A stretch of DNA of 64,000 nucleotides. Source: Candidatus Yanofskybacteria bacterium. Lineage in GTDB: Bacteria > Patescibacteriota > Minisyncoccia > 2-02-FULL-40-12 > IGHO2-12-FULL-4. Location of the stretch: positions 28,473-92,472 of the forward strand of contig JACPNK010000005.1 of the NCBI GenBank assembly GCA_016185525.1, given 5' to 3'. A program made the position numbers and the translations under genes. Shown piece after piece: positions 47,168-55,537 of this stretch (the first letter of the stretch is position 1; each line of letters starts with the position of its first letter). Under the pieces are notes generated by a model, which worked only from the letters and a program-made list of their open reading frames with translations, ran no database searches and was not told the DNA's origin.

Positions 47168-47434
47168 ATGATTAATCCTAAAGACAAAACAAAAATTATA
47201 AAAAAGCACTCAATTCACGAGACTGATACCGGTTCGGCGGCTGTTCAGGTGGCTTTGTTTAGCGAAGAAATTGAGAGGCTAACCAAGCATCTCAAGAAAC
47301 ACGTCAAAGACAACAGCTCCCGCGCCGGTCTTTTGAAAATGGTCTCCAAAAGACGCCGGCTTTTGGAATATCTCAAAAAAGAGTCGCCAAAAAAATACGC
47401 TAAAATTCTCAAAGAACTCGGACTCAAAAAATAA
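47168..47434 (+). CDS. rpsO: 30S ribosomal protein S15
   Basis: 88 aa; HETDTGSAAVQVALFSEEI...LLKMVSKRRRLLEYLKK. Confidence 0.9.
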   Translation: MINPKDKTKIIKKHSIHETDTGSAAVQVALFSEEIERLTKHLKKHVKDNSSRAGLLKMVSKRRRLLEYLKKESPKKYAKILKELGLKK

Positions 47435-47964
47435 TGCAGAAAGGCCGCAAACCAAAAATCTCTGAAATTACTTCTGAACACCAAAGGGTGGGTGTTTTTG
47501 TTGACGCCCAGAACATGTACCATTCGGCAAAAAATCTTTATCATGCTAAGGCTAACTTCAAAAAAATCTTGGAAGCGGCGGTCGGCGACCGTCAGTTAAT
47601 CAGGGCTTTTGTTTATGTCATCAAGACTGAAACCGGCGAAGAAAAAGCTTTTTTGGAGGCGCTGGAAAAAAGCGGTTACGAAATCAAGGTCAAAGACCTC
47701 CAAATCTTTCCCGGAGGCATGAAAAAAGCCGACTGGGACGTCGGCATGGCGATTGACGCTATCATTTTGGCGGACAAAATTGATGTGGCGGTCTTAGTTA
47801 CCGGCGACGGCGACTTTATTCCTCTGGTTGAATATCTCCGCGTCAACCGTGGCCTCAAAGTTGAGGTCGTCTCTTTTGGCCGCAGCACTTCGGCCAAGCT
47901 CAAAGAAACGGTGGATGTTTTCACCGACTTAGGCGAGGACCCTAAAAAGTTTCTAATGTATTAA
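47434..47964 (+). CDS. NYN-domain (LabA/PIN-like) protein
   Basis: 176 aa; VGVFVDAQNMYH...VLVTGDGDFIPLVEYLR. The start overlaps the rpsO stop. Confidence 0.7.
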   Translation: MQKGRKPKISEITSEHQRVGVFVDAQNMYHSAKNLYHAKANFKKILEAAVGDRQLIRAFVYVIKTETGEEKAFLEALEKSGYEIKVKDLQIFPGGMKKADWDVGMAIDAIILADKIDVAVLVTGDGDFIPLVEYLRVNRGLKVEVVSFGRSTSAKLKETVDVFTDLGEDPKKFLMY

Positions 47965-48117
47965 CCAAAACTGGAAAGATTTAATTAGGCATTTAAGTCC
48001 CCTTTTGGGGATTTTTAAACACCCAAAACTTGTAGCCGAGGGATGTAACATTCGGGAGGGTTGGAGTATTATACTTAATGATATCCAAAAACATCTGCCG
48101 ACCGGCAGACTGCGAAT

Positions 48118-48639
48118 ATGGAGCAAAACGAAGAAAAAATGCTTGTAAAAAGAGCCCGGAGCGGAGACCGCCAAGCGCTGAGTCTGCTTTGGGATGCTCT
48201 AACGCCTAAGCTTTTTGGTTATCTCGTCAATACCACCAAAAACAAACCGCTGGCCGAAGACTTGCTTCAAACAACCTGGCTTAAGGCAATTGATAATCTT
48301 TCCAAATTTAAGCAGCAGGACGCGGGTTTTAGCGCTTGGCTTTTTGCCATAGCCCGTAACGAATACCGTCAACACTGGCGAAAGCGTAAAAACGAAGTGT
48401 CTTTTGAACCAGCCGAACACGACCAGCCGGATAGCAGCCAAGGGTCTCCGGAAGCAAAGATTTTTGTAGAACAAGCTCTTGCCTATCTTTCTGATGACGA
48501 CAGGGAGCTTATCAGGCTCCGATATATTGTCGATTTACCGATTAAAGATATTGCCTTAATCCTCAAACTTAATTTTGTAACAGTGCGAGTGCGCATACAT
48601 CGGGCCTTAGCCAAAATGCGCGCCGCTATTACTTCTTAA
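48118..48639 (+). CDS. ECF-subfamily RNA polymerase sigma factor
   Basis: 173 aa; region 2 (LLQTTWLKAIDNL...FSAWLFAIARNEY) and region 4 HTH. Confidence 0.8.
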   Translation: MEQNEEKMLVKRARSGDRQALSLLWDALTPKLFGYLVNTTKNKPLAEDLLQTTWLKAIDNLSKFKQQDAGFSAWLFAIARNEYRQHWRKRKNEVSFEPAEHDQPDSSQGSPEAKIFVEQALAYLSDDDRELIRLRYIVDLPIKDIALILKLNFVTVRVRIHRALAKMRAAITS

Positions 48640-48641
48640 AT

Positions 48642-49793
48642 ATGGCTAATTTTTTTAGGACAATTGAAGAGGTTCTTGCTGACTGGGGACGCAGGCAACG
48701 TCAACTTCCCTCTCGCAACGAACTGTTAAAAAGCGAAATCTTAAACAAGCTACAGGCTACAGAGCCGATGCTGCCGAAAATTTTACCGCAACACTGGCAC
48801 ACTCCTTGGCTTAGTTTTGCTTTTACCAGCTTGGCACTGATTTCCTTGTTTGTCGGAAGTCTTTTGCCTCTTGGAACTTCTACTACGGTCAAAACTCTAA
48901 ACAACAAGGACGTAGAACTTTCAAGTCCGTTTTCAAATTCGTTGAGCATCCGAAAGGGCGATTCAATTTTCTTCACTCCGCCACAAGGTTATGAAATTCC
49001 AATAACTGATAACCGTGAGTTTACAAGAACCGACTACAGCGCCAATATCCGTACTCGCCGCGTAGATGAACTTGTTGAAAATATTGGCGATACCGTCCGT
49101 TTTCTTGGCGGGCGGGTGGATAGTTCCAACAGCTCTAAGCAATATGGCCATGTCAGTTTTGTGGTGCCGGCAGACAAATTTGAATCTTTCAGGCGTTCGG
49201 TCAAAAGATTGGCAGGCGGCAGGTTTTTGATAGAAAATATCTACACCGAGAATCTTCTTCCGCAAAAGCAATCCATTGAACAACAGCAAAAAAATGCGGG
49301 GGAAACACTTACCAAACTTAGAAGCGAAAAAAACAGTCTTATCTCAAACCACAAAAAAGTCGTTGCTCAGATCCAGTCAAAGATAAACGAAGTTGACAAG
49401 AGGATCACCGCGGTTAGAATTAAGCTTGACGTCACCAACGATCCGTCGCAAAGGGAGATTCTTAAAGCTGAAGAAAGAAGGCTTTTGGACGAAAAGAATA
49501 CCCTTGAAGCTGAACTTGCTAACGAAAACTCTAATTACTCAAGCAAGCTTTATTCGCTTGATTTGCAAATCCGAGAAAATGAAGCAATTTTAGACAGTGC
49601 TTTTAAAGAAGACCAAAAACTTGTTGATACTGTTGCCACCGTCCGCGGGACTGTTTCTCTTGGTTGGATAAGCGTTTGGGAAATTATCCGGCTTTATGTT
49701 CCCGTAAACTTTGGCTTTGTGGTATTCGGCATTGCCGCAATTGCCGCTTATCTTATTCACCGCCGACGTTCATATTTATTTTTGCCGGACTAA
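48642..49793 (+). CDS. DUF4349-like membrane protein, putative anti-sigma partner
   Basis: 383 aa; N-terminal cytoplasmic segment, TM, periplasmic domain with coiled coil, C-terminal TM. Co-transcribed position after the ECF sigma gene. Confidence 0.45.
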   Translation: MANFFRTIEEVLADWGRRQRQLPSRNELLKSEILNKLQATEPMLPKILPQHWHTPWLSFAFTSLALISLFVGSLLPLGTSTTVKTLNNKDVELSSPFSNSLSIRKGDSIFFTPPQGYEIPITDNREFTRTDYSANIRTRRVDELVENIGDTVRFLGGRVDSSNSSKQYGHVSFVVPADKFESFRRSVKRLAGGRFLIENIYTENLLPQKQSIEQQQKNAGETLTKLRSEKNSLISNHKKVVAQIQSKINEVDKRITAVRIKLDVTNDPSQREILKAEERRLLDEKNTLEAELANENSNYSSKLYSLDLQIRENEAILDSAFKEDQKLVDTVATVRGTVSLGWISVWEIIRLYVPVNFGFVVFGIAAIAAYLIHRRRSYLFLPD

Positions 49794-49845
49794 AGAGGGC
49801 TCTCCGCCCTCTTTAAATTTTAGAAGTAATGTGGTAAAATTTTTT

Positions 49846-50079
49846 CAAATGCCCACCCCCGCTATTACCAAAAAATTAACCCAAAAAGGTGACTTTGTAA
49901 TCATTCCTCGTAAAGGATACGAGGAGTTTTTAGCTTGGCGAGGAACAAACAAGAGAATAGAGACTTACACTCCGACACCTGCCGAGAAAAGGGCTATTGC
50001 CAAAGCAAAACGAAACTTTACCAAAGGAAATTATGTAACTTGGGAAGAACTGAAACATGAGTTGGCAAGTAATCGTTGA
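49846..50079 (+). CDS. type II antitoxin (copy 1), paralog of 52212-52424
   Basis: MPTPAITKKLTQKGDFVIIPRKGYEEFLAWRG...; the first 25 aa are identical to copy 2. The track ORF is 5-prime extended. Confidence 0.5.
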   Translation, partial: QMPTPAITKKLTQKGDFVIIPRKGYEEFLAWRGTNKRIETYTPTPAEKRAIAKAKRNFTKGNYVTWEELKHELASNR

Positions 50080-50082
50080 TAA

Positions 50083-50219
50083 ATCAGCCAGAAAACAACT
50101 CCAGCGTTTACCAAAAAGAGGTTTCCAGTATTTACAGAATTTTTTACACAATTTATTTTAAAGAAAGGATAATTTACATTTTTGAAATCAAGCGTCGAAC
50201 CACGACTACTTATTCGTAA
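50083..50219 (+). pseudogene. RelE/ParE toxin remnant (internally deleted)
   Basis: It retains 5-prime and 3-prime DNA similarity to relE at 52428-52679 (...gaaatcaagcgtcgaaccacgactacttattcgtaa) but is about 115 nt shorter. Confidence 0.5.
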
Positions 50220-51041
50220 ATGAAAAACCAAAAAGGATTCGCTCTTGTTCCTGTAATCTTGGTGCTTATCATCGCTGGCATGGGCATCTGGTTTTTGCTT
50301 ACCAAAAGCCTCGCTCCGGATCAGCTCCGACAATATGTTAAAGACGGCAAAATAGACCGAGATTTTGCATTTTGGTTAGGAAAAAATGAAAGCATGGACG
50401 CACTTGTTATTTTCAAGAGTAATGATGAAAAGAAAAGATTTTTAAACACTTTTTCTAAAAATGACTACATCCTTTTGGAGGACTACGGTGGATTCGAAAC
50501 GGCCTATATAACAATCCCAAACATGGATGCCGCCGGTAGAATTTTATCAGATTCAGGAGTAGTAAAGTTTTCACCATACGGATGGGCTTTTTCGCAATTT
50601 GACGTCAAGGCTAGAGCAAAAACAAAAGCGTATCGTGATGATAAATACGGTTACGAAGTTAAAACCTCCAACTTTTACGCTCCTATCAAGAAACTATCGT
50701 CGACAGCTTTAAGAATAGGAGATGAGGCTATATTCCAGCAAATTTCAGTATTTGATAACCAAACGATTGGGGGCAGGATAAAGACAGCAGACATTCAAGA
50801 GATTTTAAAAACTGTTCGTCCGGGGTTAAGCTTAAGTAGATCAATTAAGAAATCTACTGTGGAGTATTATCTGGGAGGTAAAAAAGGTAAAGCGGTTATT
50901 TTTACCTTGGCACCGGAAGACAAGTACACTTATATTCTTGTGGAAAAAGATAACAAATTATACGAATTTTTCACTCCCGGTGATCTAAAAAATGGCGGGT
51001 CAGATGCAGAAACCTACTCCACCTTTAAATTTATTAAGTAA
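50220..51041 (+). CDS. pilin-like secreted protein, paralog P1 (MKNQKGF leader, C-terminal TFKFIK)
   Basis: 273 aa; prepilin-like N-terminus MKNQKGFALVPVILVLIIAG without Glu5; ends STFKFIK. Confidence 0.5.
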   Translation: MKNQKGFALVPVILVLIIAGMGIWFLLTKSLAPDQLRQYVKDGKIDRDFAFWLGKNESMDALVIFKSNDEKKRFLNTFSKNDYILLEDYGGFETAYITIPNMDAAGRILSDSGVVKFSPYGWAFSQFDVKARAKTKAYRDDKYGYEVKTSNFYAPIKKLSSTALRIGDEAIFQQISVFDNQTIGGRIKTADIQEILKTVRPGLSLSRSIKKSTVEYYLGGKKGKAVIFTLAPEDKYTYILVEKDNKLYEFFTPGDLKNGGSDAETYSTFKFIK

Positions 51042-51316
51042 TGTGGTATAGTGAACCCATGCCAAAAGTCAATAAAAAAATCTACTCTTACTCGGTATTT
51101 TATGAATCGGATCCGGACGGCGGTTATATTGTAACCGCACCAACCCTACCCGGTTGTTATAGCCAAGGCGATACACTAGAAGAAGCCGAAAAAAATATCA
51201 GAGAAGCGATCGAGCTTTACATAGAAAGTTTGGTTGCCCACCGTGAACCTATTCCGAAGGAAGTAAAATCTTTTCAGGGCACTGTGGTAATTCCTGTTTC
51301 ACCCCCTGCTCGATAG
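51041..51316 (+). CDS. hicB: HicB-family antitoxin
   Basis: YSVFYESDPDGGYIVTAPTLPGCYSQGDTLEEAEKNIREAIELYIE. Confidence 0.75.
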   Translation: MWYSEPMPKVNKKIYSYSVFYESDPDGGYIVTAPTLPGCYSQGDTLEEAEKNIREAIELYIESLVAHREPIPKEVKSFQGTVVIPVSPPAR

Positions 51317-51317
51317 C

Positions 51318-51548
51318 ATGGTTAAGATTCCTGCTTTAACTGCCAAAAAAGTCATCAAAGTTCTCAAAAGAATAGGATTTTTAGAAGATCGTCAAAAAGG
51401 TAGCCATCTAATTTTGTTTAACTCAAAAACCAACACGAGAACAGTTGTGCCAGTTCACGCTGGAAAAACACTGAAAAAGCCTCTTGTACGAGCAATTATT
51501 AATGATACTAAATTAACCGTCAAAGAATTTGTAGAGTTACTAAAATGA
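51318..51548 (+). CDS. hicA: HicA-family mRNA interferase toxin
   Basis: 76 aa; KVLKRIGFLEDRQKGSHLIL...VVPVHAGKTLKKPLVRAIIN. Confidence 0.75.
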   Translation: MVKIPALTAKKVIKVLKRIGFLEDRQKGSHLILFNSKTNTRTVVPVHAGKTLKKPLVRAIINDTKLTVKEFVELLK

Positions 51549-52192
51549 AAAACCAAAAAGGATTTTCTAAAATAGCGGTGATTATTATTGCTGCAATTGT
51601 GATCGCAGTTGCCGGCTGGCGGTATTTATGGAGACCATACACGAATATCTACCCAGTTACTCCCACTCCGACAGTTAGTTCAACTACTGACCCCACCGCT
51701 GGCTCGCCCCGTGACGAAATTTTACGGGGCTGGCAAACTTACCGCAATGAGCAGTATGGGTTTGAGTTCCAAACTCCCGCCAACTGGATTATTGAAAATG
51801 AAAGTCGAGACGTCGGAAACGGTGTGGCGTTTATTACTGATTTTAAATCCCCGGACTTCAAACAGGCTGGGGATATGATGAATGAAGTGGATGTTTTGAG
51901 TGGCTATTTGCTCAATATTCATTTACAATATCCTTCAAATATTAAAACTTTTAGCGAACTGACAGAATTTTTGAAGCTCGGTCGTGGCGGCCACATTCAG
52001 TTGAGTGAGAAATTGATTTTGGTAGATGGTGAAAAGACCATCTTACATGACTTAGGAGATTATCGGCAAGGTAGCTTGAAGGATGTGCATTTTCTTCACG
52101 GGGATAAATGGTTCACTATTACCTTTTCTTACGCGAATTACGAAGATGATCAATTCAACCAAATCCTCTCCACCTTTAAATTTATTAAGTAA
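51545..52192 (+). CDS. pilin-like secreted protein, paralog P2
   Basis: 215 aa; MKNQKGFSKIAVIIIAAIVIAVAG...; central WQTYRNEQYGFEFQTPANW shared with P3; ends STFKFIK. Confidence 0.5.
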   Translation: MKNQKGFSKIAVIIIAAIVIAVAGWRYLWRPYTNIYPVTPTPTVSSTTDPTAGSPRDEILRGWQTYRNEQYGFEFQTPANWIIENESRDVGNGVAFITDFKSPDFKQAGDMMNEVDVLSGYLLNIHLQYPSNIKTFSELTEFLKLGRGGHIQLSEKLILVDGEKTILHDLGDYRQGSLKDVHFLHGDKWFTITFSYANYEDDQFNQILSTFKFIK

Positions 52193-52211
52193 TATGGTAA
52201 AATTTTTTCAA

Positions 52212-52424
52212 ATGCCCACCCCCGCTATTACCAAAAAATTAACCCAAAAAGGTGACTTTGTAATCATTCCTCGTAAAGAATACGAGGAGTTTTTGAAATT
52301 TAACTCTAGGCCGGTATATAAACCGACAAAAACTGAGTCGCGTATGATCAAACGAGCCAGAGAGGATTTTAAAAAAGGCAACTACATAACTCTGGAGGAG
52401 CTAAAAAAGAAATTAGGGTTTTGA
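52212..52424 (+). CDS. type II antitoxin (copy 2), partner of relE
   Basis: MPTPAITKKLTQKGDFVIIPRKEYEEFLKF... Confidence 0.55.
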   Translation: MPTPAITKKLTQKGDFVIIPRKEYEEFLKFNSRPVYKPTKTESRMIKRAREDFKKGNYITLEELKKKLGF

Positions 52425-52427
52425 TTA

Positions 52428-52679
52428 ATGTGGAGCGTTGTTGTAAGAAAATCTGCCGAAAAACAGTTGGATAGACTATCCAAATCCGCTCAAGTCAAAA
52501 TAATTCTTGCTCTGGAGACTTTCAAAAGCAATCCATTTAGCGGCGATATCGCCAATCTCAAAGACAGTATCTGGCGCCGGCGTGTCGGCTCCTATCGCAT
52601 TACATTTGAACTGATCAAATTCAGACGGATAATTTATGTAATTGAAATCAAGCGTCGGACCACAACTACTTATTCGTAA
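52428..52679 (+). CDS. relE: RelE/ParE-family toxin
   Basis: 83 aa; KSAEKQLDRLSKSAQVKIILALETFKSNPF...RRRVGSYRITFEL...VIEIKRR. Confidence 0.75.
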   Translation: MWSVVVRKSAEKQLDRLSKSAQVKIILALETFKSNPFSGDIANLKDSIWRRRVGSYRITFELIKFRRIIYVIEIKRRTTTTYS

Positions 52680-52680
52680 A

Positions 52681-53280
52681 ATGAAACAACTCTTTCAACA
52701 ATTTCAGAATCAAAAAGGCTTTGCCATCATCCCTCTCATAGTTATCCTCGCTTTAGCCGGCATTGGGGTTTATTGGTTTACCTCCGGAAGAACAATTCCG
52801 GGTGTATCTTGGCTTATGCCAACCCCAGATCCGACTGCTGGGTGGCAGACATACAGAAATGAGCAGTATGGGTTTGAGGTGAAGTATCCGGAGGGGTGGC
52901 AAATAAATGAAAATAATAGTCCGCTAACTTCACAATGGGTTCAAGTATTTTTAAACTCTAATCAGTTACAATCACAGAAAGAACCCCAGGTTCTAGACGA
53001 TTTTGAGATCAAAGTAAGCAAAGAATACAAACCAGGGTGGGAAAATTATTTTTTTGACCACAGTTCTAACGGTGAAATCACAATAAATAATGTCTATTGG
53101 AAAACCTTTTTGTTGCCAACTGGTACCGGTGGAGACGCGGCGTCAGGACAGACTTTTTTACCAGTTTTCGGACTTCAGTCGGTTCATAATAACTCTCTTT
53201 TTTCAATAAAATTTTTTAATCAAACCAATTTAACATCTTTACAAAACCAAATCCTCGCCACCTTTAAATTTATTAAGTAA
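52681..53280 (+). CDS. pilin-like secreted protein, paralog P3
   Basis: MKQLFQQFQNQKGFAIIPLIVILALAG...; WQTYRNEQYGFEVKYPEGW; ends ATFKFIK. The track ORF starts at 52642; the likely start is 52681, just after the relE stop. Confidence 0.5.
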   Translation: MKQLFQQFQNQKGFAIIPLIVILALAGIGVYWFTSGRTIPGVSWLMPTPDPTAGWQTYRNEQYGFEVKYPEGWQINENNSPLTSQWVQVFLNSNQLQSQKEPQVLDDFEIKVSKEYKPGWENYFFDHSSNGEITINNVYWKTFLLPTGTGGDAASGQTFLPVFGLQSVHNNSLFSIKFFNQTNLTSLQNQILATFKFIK

Positions 53281-53424
53281 TGTGGTAGAGTGCTTTTATT
53301 AACTTTGACAAGTAAGTTTTGCGGGGAGGAACGGAAGTAATGGGGCTTTGGCCAAAGCGTTCAAAAAGTTGAGCTTTTTGGCCAGAATCAGTTACTCTCC
53401 TCTCGTTTACTTGTTACACAATTT

Positions 53425-55521
53425 GTGGATATAAAAACATATTCCGAAGAGTTTGCGGGCAAGAAGCTCTTTGTTGAAATTGGCCGTTTGGCCGGACAGG
53501 CCAACGGCTCTTGCCGTGTGCAGTACGGCGATTCTACGGTGCTGGTAACAGCCACGATGTCGGCTCATCCAAAAAGCGCCGACTACTTTCCTTTGTCGGT
53601 GGACTACGAAGAAAAGTATTACGCCGCCGGAAAGATCAAGGGCTCAAAATGGATCAAGCGCGAAACCCGTCCGTCGGAGGAAGCGATTCTCACCAGCCGG
53701 GTAATTGACCGCTCAATCAGGCCAAGGTTTGACCACAACATAAGAAACGAGGTACAGGTTGTGCCAACTGTCTTAACTTTTGACGGAGTCAACGACCCCG
53801 ACATAGTGGCGCTTTTTGGCGCTTCTTTGGCTTTGATGATATCTGACATTCCTTTTGCTGGCCCGGTGGCTGGCGTTCGGATTGGTAAAATCGCGGGCAA
53901 ATTAGTTATAAACCCAACTTATGCCGAACGCACCCAAAGCGACTTTGACATAATTGTCGCCGGCACGGCCAACAAAATAAATATGATTGAGGCCGGCGGT
54001 AAGATTATCCCGGAAAAAGACATGGCTGAAGCTATAAATCATGGCTTCAAAGAAATACAAAAATTAACCAAACTACAGCAGAAAATTGCGGATGATTTTA
54101 AGGTTGAGAAGAAAAAACTGGACATTTTCAGCCACGACGAGGCTTTGCACAAGCTAGTCAGCGATTTTGTTGCGCCAAGACTTGAAAAGGTGCTTTACAC
54201 GCCTCACAAACAAGAGTATGTGGAAGGCCTTCACAGAACACAGGACGAGCTTGCTGAATATATCAAGGAACAATTCAAAGAGCATCCGGAGTTAGATGGC
54301 AAGCTTAAAGAAGCAAACGTTATCTTTGAAGAAGAAATTGACCGGATCGTCCACAAAAATATTTTGGAGTCGGAAAAAAGACCGGATGGCAGAAAAGTTG
54401 ATGAACTCCGGGCAATTAACGCTGAAGTTGCCGTTCTCCCCCACTCTCACGGCACCGGCTTGTTTAACCGAGGCACGACTCAAGCGCTATCGTCACTTAC
54501 TCTAGCGGCACCGGGCATGGAGCAATGGATTGAAACCATGGAAATTGAACTGACTAAAAAACGCTTTATGCATCACTATGTTTTTCCGCCTTTTAGTGTC
54601 GGCGAGGTTGGCAGAATGGGTTTTGCCGGCCGAAGAGAAATTGGCCACGGCGCTTTGGCTGAAAGAGCTTTGGAGCCGATTATCCCTTCCAAAGAAGAAT
54701 TTCCTTATACAATCAGGGTTGTTTCTGAAATCCTATCTTCCAACGGCTCATCTTCTATGGCCTCGGTTTGCGGCGCCTCTTTGGCTTTGATGGACGGCGG
54801 TGTGCCGGTCAAAACGCCGGCGGCGGGAATTGCCATGGGTTTAATGTTTTCCGCCGAAGGCGATAAGTATAAAGTCCTAACCGATATTCAAGGTCCGGAG
54901 GACCACCATGGCGATATGGACTTAAAAGTTGCCGGCACTAGAGATGGCATTACGGCTATGCAGATGGATGTAAAAATTGAAGGCATCACGCCGGAAATAC
55001 TGGAAAAGGCGCTAGAACAAACCAAAAAAGCAAGGTTAGAAATACTGGATCATATGGCCAAGGCCATATCAGAGCCAAGAAAAGAACTCTCATCTTTTGC
55101 ACCTAGGGTTAAAATTATTAAAATAAATCCGGAAAAGATTCGCACCGTAATCGGTCCGCAGGGCAAAATGATAAACGAAATTATAGACAAAACCGGCGTG
55201 CAAATTGACATTGAAGACGACGGCTCGGTGTTCATAACTTCAGACAGCGCCGAAGGCATGAAAAAGGCAATCTTGTGGATTGAAGATATAACTTACGAAG
55301 CCAAACCGGGCGACGAGTTTGACGGCAAAGTTGTAAAAATTATGGATTTCGGGGCTTTTGTTGAGTTTAAACCCGGACAAGACGGCATGGTCCATGTTTC
55401 TGAAATTTCAAACGAGCATATCCGCCGGCCGTCAGATGTTCTAAAAATTGGACAAAGCGTGCATGTGCGTGTGAAAAACATCGACGAGTATGGTAGAATA
55501 AACTTATCCATGAAAAAATAA
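53425..55521 (+). CDS. pnp: polyribonucleotide nucleotidyltransferase (PNPase)
   Basis: 698 aa; two RNase PH domains, KH (GPQGKMINEII) and S1 (GQSVHVRVKNID). Apparent GTG start. Confidence 0.9.
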   Translation: MDIKTYSEEFAGKKLFVEIGRLAGQANGSCRVQYGDSTVLVTATMSAHPKSADYFPLSVDYEEKYYAAGKIKGSKWIKRETRPSEEAILTSRVIDRSIRPRFDHNIRNEVQVVPTVLTFDGVNDPDIVALFGASLALMISDIPFAGPVAGVRIGKIAGKLVINPTYAERTQSDFDIIVAGTANKINMIEAGGKIIPEKDMAEAINHGFKEIQKLTKLQQKIADDFKVEKKKLDIFSHDEALHKLVSDFVAPRLEKVLYTPHKQEYVEGLHRTQDELAEYIKEQFKEHPELDGKLKEANVIFEEEIDRIVHKNILESEKRPDGRKVDELRAINAEVAVLPHSHGTGLFNRGTTQALSSLTLAAPGMEQWIETMEIELTKKRFMHHYVFPPFSVGEVGRMGFAGRREIGHGALAERALEPIIPSKEEFPYTIRVVSEILSSNGSSSMASVCGASLALMDGGVPVKTPAAGIAMGLMFSAEGDKYKVLTDIQGPEDHHGDMDLKVAGTRDGITAMQMDVKIEGITPEILEKALEQTKKARLEILDHMAKAISEPRKELSSFAPRVKIIKINPEKIRTVIGPQGKMINEIIDKTGVQIDIEDDGSVFITSDSAEGMKKAILWIEDITYEAKPGDEFDGKVVKIMDFGAFVEFKPGQDGMVHVSEISNEHIRRPSDVLKIGQSVHVRVKNIDEYGRINLSMKK

Positions 55522-55537
55522 TTTTGGATAAGTTTAT

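Noticed and set aside
50220-53280. Calling P1-P3 bona fide type IV major pilins
   Set aside because: The leader matches KG|F, but the conserved Glu5 is absent (Pro or Ala instead) and sizes of 199-273 aa exceed typical major pilins. They are reported as pilin-like or minor-pilin-like paralogs instead.
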